Shown one piece after another: positions 12,585-24,556 of a DNA stretch of 64,000 nt (within the stretch, counting starts at the first letter, position 1; the number at the start of each line of letters is the position of its first letter). A model generated the notes under the pieces. It was given only the letters and a program-made list of their open reading frames with translations. It had not been told where the DNA came from and made no database searches. Made by a program: the position numbers and the translations under genes. This DNA is from Raillietiella orientalis (Eukaryota): the NCBI GenBank assembly GCA_036172245.1, contig JAYWIR010000027.1, positions 2,108,001 to 2,172,000 of the forward strand. Direction: 5' to 3'.

Positions 12585-14528
12585 ATGTTTTCCAAATTTG
12601 GAATAGATAATCAAATCACTAGAACTCACTCAATCAAAGTGCCTCGGTTGTACAAATGTGCATCCAGCGTGCTAAAAGAATACAGAAATGGAAATAGCTC
12701 ACTTATGAATCTTATTATGAAAGTCAAACATCCAGTAAGTACGGAAAGTGTAAATGATAAACGACGTCAAATATTTTTTCTTGCTAATTAGAATAAAAAA
12801 GCTATAAAGTCTTTGGCTACTTCTGCGATTGCACAAAGCAGCCAGTTAGACCATATTCTCATGCAAAGTGGCCTTCTTTCGGCAGCAGGAAGTGTAGATG
12901 AGAATCTTTTAAAGATTTTAGTTGTAGAATTGCTTGCTGGTAAAAAGTGCCTTAAAGGAAAGAGTAAACCGGTTTTGAAAGTATTAGAATTTCAAAACCA
13001 GTTAATGAGTGCTGCACAAAAATTCAGTATAATGAAAATAAAGCAAAATATTTCTGATAAACGTAAGTCATGTTTCTTTTTCTAGCAATTGAATATGGAA
13101 AATATTGTTCATTTTATCGAGCCACATGTCATTTGGACAATGCTTATTTACTCTTGTGCAATGTTCAGCTTTCCTATTGCTGGTTATTATTTGGCCAAAC
13201 GGTCGGTTGAGATTTTGTTTAGTGTCAGCAAATATGACAGTTGGATTTATGGTGTTGTGGTCTCACTACTGTTGCTATATTTAATCATAGCATTATTTGT
13301 TTTTAAAGCTTTTAAAGAAAATGATGCACCTGATCATTCAGTGAACACTAATAGCGTTACAAAGTCCAAATGAACAGTGCAGTGCATATTTTATGATGAG
13401 AATATATCTTCTGGAGTGCTTTTTTGTGAATATACATATATTTTTGTCTGTGCATAAATATGAGTTTACTGTTTTGTAACCCCTTATCCAGCTCCCAGAT
13501 TTGTGAGAGTTAATACCCTTAAAATATCTCTGGAATCAGCCATCCAGAGATTCCAGAAAGATGGCTGGAATTATGTATCATACGATCAAACTCTTGTGAC
13601 CTATTCAGAGTTTCTTGATGGAGTGCAAACCTTGACTACTGATTGCTTTACTTTGGACTTTCATTTGCCTGATGTAATGGTTTTTACTGCAGGCTCGGAA
13701 TTTTACAATTATGCACTGTACAAAGAAGGAATGATTTTGCTTCAGGACAAGGTACTGCAGTTTGCAAAGAAAGGCCTAACATATAATTCTGACAGTCTAC
13801 CTGTTTAGTGGCTCATGTGTTGAGTCCTAAACCTGGATCAGTTATCATAGATGCATGTGCTGCACCTGGGATGAAAGCAACACATTTGGCAGCTCTTATG
13901 CAGGGAAAAGGGTATCTTCAGTGAATTAGGTTATAGTGTAACTGCTTCTGTTTTCTTAGAACCATCTATGCCTATGATATTAGTGCTCAAAGATTGCATG
14001 TCATGCAAGAAATAGTGCAGAATGCAGGTGCTGATTCTTGTGTCGAGTTATGCCACCAAGATTTTCTTCAGGTGAACCCTGAGGAACACCAAGACATTGA
14101 ACTGATTCTCGTAGATCCTTCCTGTACTGGAACAGGTAGAGGAATGCTCATTCATTTCAGTTATGACTGATTCTTTAGGGATTAGGCAACGTCAGTTGCA
14201 CACAAATGTAAATCATTCTCGGGTAAAACAGTTACAAAAGGTGCAGTCATTGCTGCTTTGCCATGCTTTAGGTTTTCCTTCGGTAAAAAAAGTGATTTAT
14301 GCTACTTGTTCCCTGCTGGAAGAGGAAAATGAACAAGTTGTCCAATATGCATTGGAACAATATGGAGACATGTTTACATTGGCAACTCCCTTAGAGTCCT
14401 GGAAAAGAAGAGGATTGTCTTCATACAGTTTTGGATCCTCGTGTTTACGTGCATCCAGTGAAGACCTTTGTAATGGTTGTTTCATTGCCTTGTTTGAGCG
14501 GAAAGAAACACAGGTAGCTGATTCTTAA
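12585..14528 (+). CDS. NSUN5: 28S rRNA cytosine-C5 methyltransferase NSUN5 (6 coding exons)
   Basis: Exons 12585-12734, 12792-13062, 13492-13751, 13796-13911, 13960-14135 and 14180-14528. Motifs: [72 protein letters not shown]. Confidence 0.92.
13095..13373 (+). CDS. VMA21: V-ATPase assembly integral membrane protein VMA21-like, nested in NSUN5 intron 2
   Basis: 92-aa intronless ORF with two hydrophobic segments ([45 protein letters not shown]), matching the VMA21 pattern (LL.F...M...PI..Y...DS..YA...AV......ALFVY.A..E), and a lysine-containing C-terminus (TKSK). It lies wholly inside intron 13063-13491. Confidence 0.8.
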   Translation: MENIVHFIEPHVIWTMLIYSCAMFSFPIAGYYLAKRSVEILFSVSKYDSWIYGVVVSLLLLYLIIALFVFKAFKENDAPDHSVNTNSVTKSK

Positions 14529-14760
14529 ACCAGCTCAAATGTGTTTCGTAATTTACGTAACTTTTGTATGTGGAATGTACGAAACTGATCATATTATAAT
14601 GACAAATCATTTGCCAATTATATTATTGAAGGCACTTGATTTGGGCCAAGCAACAATTTCCATTTTTATCCATGAAGTCTCCAGTATAGTCGTAAAATAA
14701 TGCCTTTTTTATATACTATATTTTTTACCAAAATTGCAGGTCTTGAATTTTGAAATGGTA

Positions 14761-14798
14761 CATGCATGGTGGTGGGTATATACCCATCACCATGCATG
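14761..14798. repeat. 38-bp near-perfect palindrome
   Basis: catgcatggtggtgggtatatacccatcaccatgcatg has one mismatch and lies ~230 bp downstream of the NSUN5 stop. Confidence 0.85.
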
Positions 14799-15749
14799 CT
14801 AGTAACTGTTATCAGAAGTATGTATCACCTGGTTAAGAGCAAAGATGAAGGCACATCACAATCAGTGAAAAGTAAAAAGGCAAAGAGTGTGTGAAATTAA
14901 AGAACAGACAGCTGATGCAAAACAAAGCATGTGGGGTAATTTCTCCAAATGAGATTACCCAGGAATTTAACTGGAAACGATGGAAGGGCGAGTTTCAAAC
15001 TGAGGAATTAAAAAATCCAAGCATCCTTGTGCACGTTTTATGCATTTTGCATGCGATTCAAAGAATTCAGCACACTGACCAGCGGAGCACTTCAAGCCAT
15101 AATTTCTGAACTTGCGAGTAGTACGCATACCAAGCAGATGTTTTTACCAGTCTTCGGGGAAGTGTTGCAGATGTTTGGCTACATCGTTGTTGCAGGGTAC
15201 CCTCTTCTGGGTTTGGTGCATTTAAAAATTGAAATAAAGGCAACTTTGTGTAAATGAGACAGAAGCGGTAATCACGGTATGAGGGAGTTAAACAACGTGG
15301 TATCCTTTAGTTTCTGCCCATTTTTTGTTTTTGGATTGCCTGGATAGTTGACACTATCAGCATTCTCCCGAATCTCATTGCTGGCCAACTGTGGCGCACC
15401 AGATTTTGTTGCTTTTCAAACGTGCAAGCTACTCAGGACTGGCATTCTAAAACGCTTGCTACCAATGCTTGTTTGATGCTGGATGCTTGAACTTTGCTGC
15501 TGCATGGGGGGAGGGGGGGCACACGCCCTAAAGTCAGGTGAAGTGCCTGCCTCACGAACGTGGTAGTAGTGCTCGCTGTGGCAACAAGCTACCCGTTCCA
15601 TGCTTAGCGGCTTCCCGGTTTTGTGTCGGAAGCTGTGAGCTGCTCATAGCAGAAATAACAAGACTTGTTTCGCTACTGGAACTCTCCGATATCCTTTAGA
15701 AGTGTCCTTCCGGTTGCGCTTCCTTCGGCACGTCCGTTGTTACTGACTG

Positions 15750-16750
15750 CTACCGCGTCTGTCTCCGGACTTTCTCCACTTGCCCAGCCACTCAACGCTT
15801 GAACGAAGCCTGCGAAAAATGGGCGCGTATTTACATTGCATTTAGATCGCTTTCTTTCGACAGGTGCTTTGGGCTTTCTTGCGCGCGTGGAGCTCCGGTT
15901 TCCATTGCTTTTCCTGTGGTCTGGTGGAAGCCGGCCGTGAGAGTCTACCAATTATTCGCATGCGCTCAGGAACTCCCTCCGCCCTCTTGAGGAGCGAGTT
16001 TTCGACTCGAGAGATGCGTTCGCTTCCTTTGCTAGCTACCCGTCAGAAGCCTGTGCACTTGCCACTTTCGTTTCTAGGTATGGCCAGCCATCTCCTTGCG
16101 AATTTTCTCCCTGCTAGAGTTTTTGCATCTATGTATCGCCCTTTTCTTTCTCTTGAAGAAGTTTGTGCGAAAGAACAGGTGACTGATCCTTTACTTCCGT
16201 CTACCCTCTGGCCTGCAGAGCGCAAGGGCTTTTGTCTTCTAGTCTCGTCCACTATCCTTCCTCTCTTCCGGTCCATTTCGGCATAGACAGAAATGCAGGG
16301 CTAACTCTTTGAAGACGGGTTCCTCTACCGGCCGGATCAACCGCGCGAACGGAGGGATCAAGGATATAGATGACGACACGATGATTACCCTCATTGCTCT
16401 GGATGACCATTGGGAGGCCGTGGCGCAAAGGACTGACAGGAAAACCACCGCGATCGCAAAAGGTCTCCACTGGGCGATGTGGAGCTCTCAATCCGTTCCC
16501 GTGCCCACGCCACCGGTAATCGTGGACGGTAATCGTGATATCTTTGAAAGTGCAAATGGAAAGCATAGAGGTGGACACCGACCCACCTGCAGCCTCGGAC
16601 GAGACAACGCTCGTTGGTGGCGGGCGCGCTCAACATCGTTCCAAACCAAACTAGCAAAGCACATCGCCTCCGAGCGGCAACCCAACGGAAACTACGGGTT
16701 CCCAGGCGCCCTCTGACAAGCGGTCGGGTGGTTTTTCAAAAGCAGCAAGA
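15750..16750 (+). mobile_element. decayed non-LTR retrotransposon reverse-transcriptase fragment
   Basis: RT-like relics occur in the expected order across frameshifts: EACEKWARIYIAFRSLSFDRC (D..KAFD motif), DIDDDTMITL...W (ADD motif), PVIVDGNRDIFESANGKHRGG (KYLG motif). Confidence 0.4.
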
Positions 16751-16799
16751 TAAAGCAATGCATAGATGCTGCAATACAAACGAACACGCAGTCCCCTGC

Positions 16800-18550
16800 A
16801 GTCCTGTTCACCGTCCAGATACCGTCGATGCACATCCGGGGCACTCGGCCACTCCTTGACAAGATATCCCAATTAAATGACTGGATAGGATCTCTTCTGC
16901 AGTTGCGAATCCGTCTTTCTCATGGGCAGTCCTGTTAAGGTTTCCATAGCCACCACTCCCTGATATACACGGTACTCGTAATGGGGAATGCAATCGTCAT
17001 ACGCACTTTGGAATTGTATAAGGGAGCTATCCCTTGTTCCTTGGGAAGTACACTCAGGATAGGTCTTCTGCAAGCGCATTACCCTCCACACCGAATTCTG
17101 GAGTAGCGTTGGGCAGGGGAGAATGTGCAGTTGCATTTCCAGCTCTCAGGCGCTTCCTTCCCGGAGGTTACCCCTTCAATTCGAGTCGTGTGCTACACAA
17201 GTGCTACTCCATGATAGCAGATCAGGAGGTCATCCTGAATTTCTAGTGGTAGGCCCCACTTCCAATTGTTGTTCCGAACCATCTGGAATCGGGGATCGAT
17301 CAGTGATGACCGAGGACAGTGAAAGTCGCATTCATACTATGCGGATGTCAAACGGGGTCGACTTGTTTGATCGACTCTTTCCAATCCAACATCTCCGTTC
17401 CCCAAAGAAGGCGTCTCTATGGTCAGGAGACGAGGAGACAAGAGGAAGGCAGAATGCTCCCATGACTACTCGGACTCTGAGGTAGACGGATCCTCTTCCT
17501 CGGAGCGTTGGCAAGGCGACCAAAGGGGAGCAACCCTCCCTCCTTCCGGTGCTTCTCCGTTGTTGTCTGCGTCATCAGCCTCTTGCACACTTTGCACCAC
17601 GGAAAGCAGTCCCTTCTTTTGTCCGCTCACGCATCCTGCAACGAACTCTTCCTCTGATCTCCTCCGCATGGCAATTATTCTCTTCACGATCGCGAGATGG
17701 CAGAAGGCACGAATCGCCGCACGCTTAGCGGCGAGCTCATCGAAGTGGCGTTCCCTTCTCATCCGCGACCACCTCCCTTTACAAGAGACAATTAATGCCA
17801 TCGCTAGGAAGTCGTAGTTGCCCGAATTTCCCCTATGACCCCTTGATTTTCTTTCCTTCGCCCCGCATCGCCGAGGCGCATGTGAGCCGGTTGGAAACGA
17901 AAATTTTAGAAGTCACAGGAGGATTCTGGGAACAACGAACACAACACAAACACCATCATCTCTTCCCGCCTTCCCGTTTGTCAGCATCTCCGCTTACCAC
18001 TGAAACAACCCTGCAACCCACAAGAGAAACCTCAAAGTCTTTGTTGCCCAAGACACTGAAAACAACTCCTTGCTACCCTTCCCGCCATGCTCCGACCCGC
18101 GTCATTTCCACGACCGCCTCCCACCCCCTCCCTACACGTCCCTTATCCCACCCCAAAAAATCATCCATGCAGTAAGGCGCAAACACAACGGCCTCAACCT
18201 CTGTAGGGGGTTGCGCCTGGAGCCCTTGCGGTCGATCTGCGCAAAGCATTCGACTGCGTCGACCAAGAACTTATGCAGCTCCTAGAACGCATGGAATTCC
18301 CAGCCGTCTTCCTGACTTATCTGAGCTCCTGCTGGCGCAGCGTGCTTATTAATATTGCTTTCAGTGGACGGTCCATGTATGGCATGCCGGTGCGGCGCAG
18401 CCTTAGGAAAAATGACAGGCTGAACTCCCGGCTCTTCAGCGCACGTGGCTCTTTGAACACACTGTTTTGTTTCCACGCCACTCCCCTGCGACAACCCGCA
18501 GGGGGGCGTGTAATTCTCCAGGATAGGGGGCACCCCGGAATAGAGGTCCG
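16800..18550 (-). mobile_element. decayed CR1/L2-type LINE ORF2 (endonuclease-linker-RT relics)
   Basis: Minus strand, in order: ENYTPP (APE YRPP-like), CFAQIDRKGSRRNPLQRL (Q.V..PTR.N.LDL-like), IVKRIIAMRRRSEEEFVAG..GQKK.LLSVVQS (CR1 linker-like), KSRSNKSTPFDI (K.KS.GPD-like), APLYNSKVR (post-RT LY.S.VR). Many stops and frameshifts. Confidence 0.45.
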
Positions 18551-18639
18551 CCTTATGAATCCAGGAAGGACTCGGAGTCCGTTCCTCTTACGCCTGGGAA
18601 GGGATCTCCGGATATGGAGATCACCTCCACACTGGTTGT

Positions 18640-18850
18640 CTCCGAAGGAGAGTAGAGAAGGGAATCCTCCTTCTCTATTCTCTCCGGAGGACCCCCGGAA
18701 GGGTCCGCTCCATTCTTTCTCCTCTGAAGGGAACCCGGAAAGGATCCCATCCTGGAATTTTTCTTCTCCGGAGGGATCCCCCGAAAGGGATCCGCTCCTG
18801 TTTATTCCTCTGAAGAGAACCTAGAAGGGACTTTTCCGAAATTCAGAAGG
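18640..18850. repeat. degenerate GC-rich minisatellite, ~42-bp unit (~84-bp higher period)
   Basis: ttctctccggaggacccccggaagggtccgctcc...tctgaagggaacccggaa (from ~18678) recurs as ttcttctccggagggatcccccgaaagggatccgctcc...tctgaagagaacctagaa (from ~18761). Confidence 0.6.
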
Positions 18851-20249
18851 ACGCAGCTTTCCTGAAGGGATCGGTTCGCTTCTCTGCATTTTCTGGAGAG
18901 GTGGTGGCGACACACTTACTCCATCTGTACGACGTGGAGAGTCTCCCCGGAATGGAGGGTCTGCTCCTTCACAACCGGAAGAGAGCTCCCACTCCGTGAT
19001 TCCTGGAAGGACCCGGAGGTCGACTCCCATTTGTCCCGGCCCTCATCGAGGGCATCCGGTTTTCACCTCTACCAGTGCGGCACCCGGATGAATGAAGGCC
19101 AATCAGCGTCATCTTGTGGGGTGAAATCGGGACCCACGACGCCCTGCGTCGGTTCCTTTCGGTATTCGAACCCACGACGCATGGTGCCACGCGCGGAGAC
19201 CCCCGTAAGCACACGGCCTCCGACGCGGGCCTCGTCTCTCTTCCGAGGAAGACCGCCGGGCGTGCTGGTCACCACGACGCTGACGCCCCTCCGCCACTTC
19301 CCCAAAGAAGCGTACGCCACGAAGGAACAAGCCACGGCGAGCGCCAAAATGGAAAAGGAGGTGGGGGGAATGCAGCCGACATCCCTTAGAGCTGTCGCCG
19401 CCACCTCCTACATGCGAAGGAGGGATGAAATGGCCCGATCCGGGAAGGGAAGTGCGAGGGAACCCACTAACCGACTGACCCCAAACCAGTGAGCGCAGTT
19501 TCCCCTTCCGTCCCTTCCCCGCCAGACGCGGGTCCTCGGGGAACAAGTGGAATGCCGCGAGCCATTCCCTATTAATTCATGGTTTCCCCCCTCTGAGAGG
19601 GTAGCCCCAATGGGATTCGGTCCGACGCAAGTGGACCCTCCTCTGTCCACGACTGCGTGATTTGCTCCTCTCTCCCCTTCCAACGTGCAGCGCGGCCATC
19701 CGGGGTGAGGAGGTCATGCCGGAGACCTGCGGACTCCCGCAGGATGCCGAGATTTTACTTCGGGCTGGCTCAGCGACTCGTTGGCTGCAGAGGTTCTTGT
19801 CTCCACTGTGCCCCGGGGGATCGACAGATAGCCGCTCCGCATCCCCAGCAAGGACCCCTTGTTTCAACTTCGGAGAGGGAAGTGCAATTCCTGGGAACAG
19901 GGAGAAGTCGGAGAGGGTACTCACCATGGAACGAGGACTGCTTCAGGAGACTCCCAAGCGGCGGAGACTTCCCCGTACAACAACACTCCGGCAACCGCTG
20001 ACCTGGTCACCGGCTCCAGCGCGGAATCCTGTCCCTAGGGATAAGGGAGGTCAGATTTTTGCTCCCGTTTCCATGGAGCGCGTCAAGGAACCTCAGCGCA
20101 TCGGGCCGCGCGCGCGATCCTTGAGCATCGGCTGCTCTTCGTGTGGGCTGGAAGGCCGCCAGCGGCGCAGCACAGACGCAGCGCCGGTCTCGTGCCTTTC
20201 CAGTGCGCCGGCCGCCGCTGCGAGGAAGCAGAAGATCCTCCCACCCCGG

Positions 20250-21400
20250 AAGGCGAGCCTAGGGGCACGACGGCAGCTGCATCAGCAGGGTTCGGCAGTC
20301 TTCCGTTTCAAGGTACGCTCCCGTGTCATAGCGGCAAGCTGGCAGCGTCCCAGCAAGAGGAATGGCGAAGATTTCGTTCAGGAAGCCGAAGTTCCGAGCA
20401 ACTCGATCCACTTTTGCTGCCCTCGGGCGGGAGGTATTCGGGAGCGCTTGGTTTCCTTCGCTAATCCAGACGTCTGCCATGGAGGTCCGGTAGCCCTCTC
20501 GCTGGCGGCAGAGGCCTATCGGCGAGTAGTGCGCCAGAATGCTCTCGAGCAACTTCTTGGCCGGCCAGCCTGGGATGCGAGGTTCCGTCGACCACATTTT
20601 CCAGTTCGACGTCTGTGCCCACTGGTAGCAGGGGGGCCACCGTAGGGGCGCGCAGAGTACAACGCACTATGGAATTGTATAAGGGAATCGCGCTTCCGAC
20701 CGTGGTACTCCTGCAGGAGATTCACAGCACCTCCGAGTAGAAGGTTACTGAGGTCAAGTGAAACCGCAGGGTGGCAAGACTCCACACTATCGTGCAGAGT
20801 TGCGTTCATCCAGGCGATAGCAGCGAGAAGTATTGTTTTGGACTAGGAGGGATGAGTGGATCAACTTGTCTTTATGTGGTCCGATTTGGTCAACCTCGTC
20901 GTGACGTACGTGCTCTTGCCGAGCCCTTCAGAGGCAAGCGGTGAGCGAAAAGAGTTCTCTGATGCCCTCCGGAGCAAGAGGCTCGAAGGCCTGGATCCCT
21001 AGTCACTCGTCTCATCTCAGAGGACTTCGATGCTCACTTGTTTTCAGACGAGAGCAGCTCTCCGAAACAAAGATCTCTGGCGAGGGAGGTGTGCGCGTCT
21101 GTATAGCCAGTGGAAACTTAGGATGGAAAGAGACTCGTCGGATGTCGCCTTCGGAGAGCACCTGGCTCCCCGAGCAAGGAGAGAGGAAGAGTGCTTTTTG
21201 ACCGCCACAGGTTAAAACTTCGGGATTGTCCCACCTGGAACCAGTCCGGGGGATGGTTTGGAGGATGCTGGCGGGGTGATTAAGCCATCCGGAGGAAGCG
21301 GATGCGGAACATCTCCTTCAGTTCCTCCATGGCTTTGCCACATCATAAGCTCGGGGAGTAAAACGAAATGAAGCGCTCCGCCTGAGAGTTCTGCTGCCGA
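20250..21400 (-). mobile_element. decayed CR1/L2-type LINE, 3' part of ORF2
   Basis: Minus strand reads ISCRSTTV..IPLYNSIVRCTL...DVELENV / RIPGWPAKKLLE.IL...LCRQRE, resembling the CR1 C-terminus (I..R...IPLY..LVRP.L...LE.VQ...IPG....ERL..L..L..RR). It shares acgcact.tggaattgtataaggga with ~17001. Confidence 0.45.
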
Positions 21401-24400
21401 TTCCACTTACCCCTTCCTACGTGGCGTCGGAGAGGACGCGCAGAACCTTTCTGTTTGCTCTCGGTTGCGTCCGGGCGTTTATTGTGGAAAAAAAGAAAAA
21501 GACATTTCCAAATAAACAGTCATGAATTGAGAGGAAAAAAAAGCTATTCATTCATTGTACGAATGGCAGTCGTACTGCATTCTTCAGGAGGGATTCCTCT
21601 TAAAAGCAGTTAAAACAAAAATTAGGGGAACAAACGAAAAAAAAAAAATGAAAATTTTCATGAAAATGGAGAAAAGGGAAGGATCGCCGCTTTCTTCCTG
21701 GCGTTCTCCTCCTTTCCAGGATGCCGACAAGTTCCCCTTTTTGCGGTTGGAGGTGAGGCCATCTTATGGCCATCCCAATGAAGGATACCACGATTGGCAA
21801 TGCACCCTTGGATTGCTGGTCTCTTTCGCTGAGGTTTCTTGCTGCCATGGCTTCACGGAAGCAGCACAAGTCTGCGAAGGATGCCTCAGGTGACTTTCTT
21901 CAGCGAATGAAGAGGCCTTTCAGCACGTTTATCACGTTGTCATTCGGTGATTCCGGGGACGCAGACAAACCTTTCCAAACGCTCCAGAGGGCAACACACT
22001 CACAAAGCAAAGGTGAAGGAAGGTTTCCCTTGTACAGCACCTGGAGCACTCAACGCCACACTTCCCATGGTCCAGTGGTGGAGGACTGCGTTGCATGGGA
22101 CAGCCCAATGCAACAATTTCAATGCCTAGCCTTTCCACTTCAGTGGCAACAAAGGTTCTGGAGCACTGTTTCCGCCTCTTGTTTCAGAGATCACCAGAAG
22201 ACATATCTGCCCATCCTTGACAGCATTCCACAGCCCATATTTCGTACTGTTCCACTTGCAAGAAAACTCGCTGCTTCCTCATTAGCAGCTCAGAGATTAC
22301 GCAGTCTGTTCAGTGAAGCTGCTGCATTCTTGGTAACGTCCATACGATGCCAGCATCTACTCTATTTGTATCAAAACATTAATGATTGCAGAAAATACGG
22401 ATACAGTATACAGAACGACGGGGGATGGGATTGTCCATAGTTTCCACAATCTTCTACTCTAGAGCTCTATACTTGTAGATGCGTCTACTGTTGTGTATGT
22501 TCCTTGGCAGTCAGCAGTAAGCACATTCACAATTGAGAAAACTTGCAGCCAGCCTCTCATTGCTTTTATGGAGAAGTGTAAGTTCCAAATGTCCGAAATG
22601 TGTGTAAAATAAAAATGAGGAACGAATGAAAAGTACTTGAGATTTGTATGCGTGCGAAAACACATGAGAGAAATTTGTGATCCTTTAACTGCGTATTGAT
22701 TGGTTTCCTTAGAAATTGGTGCTCAAATCTCTTGAAATGTGGGCATAAAGTGAATTGGTGCTGACTGATAAGATGGCACCAAATGCGTTCATTTGTTACC
22801 CGGTTGCGCCGGGACGTTTATTCCAAATCGTCTGGGAACTGTGTTCCCAGGCAAGGGAACAGAAGATGGGGAGGCTGTACACGACATGCAGGCCGGGCAC
22901 ACTGAGAGTTCGGAACGGCAGGGAGGGAACAATAAATAAATAAATATGGTGGGAGGGTGGGGATATGGGTCTGCAGTCCAGCCGTCCCTATTCTCAGAAC
23001 CGGCGGTGAATGGCGACAATCTTCGTCCTCACTTCTGCGTCAAGGTGTGGCCACCCGGCAGCCAGTTGCAGATTGCAGGCTGCACTGTCGGGGACCGATG
23101 TTGGGACTGCTCGCATCTGCAATACGTGGCGGGCCCTGACAATGGCGCGGACGCAGCAGATGATTGCGACGACCGCCCCAAGAGATAGGCCGCCACGCGT
23201 GAAGAAGCGGCGCATCCAATCCATTGCGGTGTGTCCGTGGTGCAGGAGCGCTGAAGACAGCCGCCGCCACAGCTCCCGGAGGGACCAAATGCGTTCGTAG
23301 AACGTGTTTCCGTCGACTGCTCTGCACTTAAATTGAACTGCGGGTTGCCTTCGTGTCTGTGCCACTAATCCATCTAGTTGTGGCAGTTTTCTTGGGGGAG
23401 GGGGGAGGGCATTGGAATGTAGCTAATTCCTGAGCTAACAGAATTCAAGAACCGAAGATGGAAAGCTTTTGAGGTGTTTCTAAGAACATTGAATCACAAA
23501 GTAAAGAGACTCATATAGAAGAGCGTATTCATGTGGACTGTACTTTATCCATTCCATTGGTAAATTGACTTACTAAGAGCGATCTTTGAAATTCAGTTTA
23601 ACAAGTTAACTATGAACAAATGACATTCTGTCTTTATCTTCAAAGTCATTGATGTTCATATACAAAGATGTATAATTCATGACGTGGAATCTTTAAATAT
23701 AATCTTCAAATGGAAGTAATTTTTTCCTAAAATTCCAGTTCGTTTACTTACGTGTTTATTTATATTCATCTCCAGGTTATGGCAGAAGCGTGGGTTCTTG
23801 TGCCTTTCCAAAGACATGCATGTTCAATCTAGGACTCGAGATTTTGCTGACTGGGAGTTTCCTTCCATGCATAAAGCGTTGGGTCCGTGCAAGGACACTC
23901 CAGACGTGGTTTGCTGCTTCAGTGGATGAATCGGCACCCCCTCAAGTCCACTGGAGAGCACTTGGCAACTGCGCGAACATATGGGGAAAGTCACGGAGGA
24001 CGAAAAACAAAACAACGCTTTGAGGTGAGCACCTGACTTTTACCTACTATGACCGAGAGCGGAAATCATTTTTTATTTTCGAAAGTATCCCTCGCTCACA
24101 ATGACCAGGAAGTGAATCGTATTTTGCTTTCCTGCCGAAGTGTGTTTAAAATAGCTTGAGCTGTGCATGCACGGCGAATGTGAAGGCCTATTCGGGGAGC
24201 ACAGAAATCGATAACCAGTTCGTTTGTACACCAGATTTTGTTCCCATTTGTTCCCGGTTCACCTTTGGTTTGTTCAGGTTTCCCGATGCCCGTTGATGCC
24301 TCAGGTCATGAACGCATTACTGCCAATAGAATAGCCCACTTCTGTTATTTCTTTCCACCGAGACTTCGAAACCAGGGAAACATCGGTTACGAAGATCATG

Positions 24401-24556
24401 ACAAATGCAGGAAAACAGAAAGCACCGAAGCTGTAGTGAAACACCTTTCATGGTTAACTAGGTAGAAAACAATGATCTTTATATTTCTGTGATAAAGGAA
24501 TCCAAAAGTTGCAACAATGATACATAGTGAAGGATAAAAAAAAAGGCGTTTTCGTT

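Noticed and set aside
19662..20645. 327-aa + strand ORF
   Set aside because: GC-driven composition, no recognisable domain, and partly antisense to a LINE relic.
21766..22440. 224-aa + strand ORF
   Set aside because: No recognisable domain or exon structure, so it cannot be supported without expression data.
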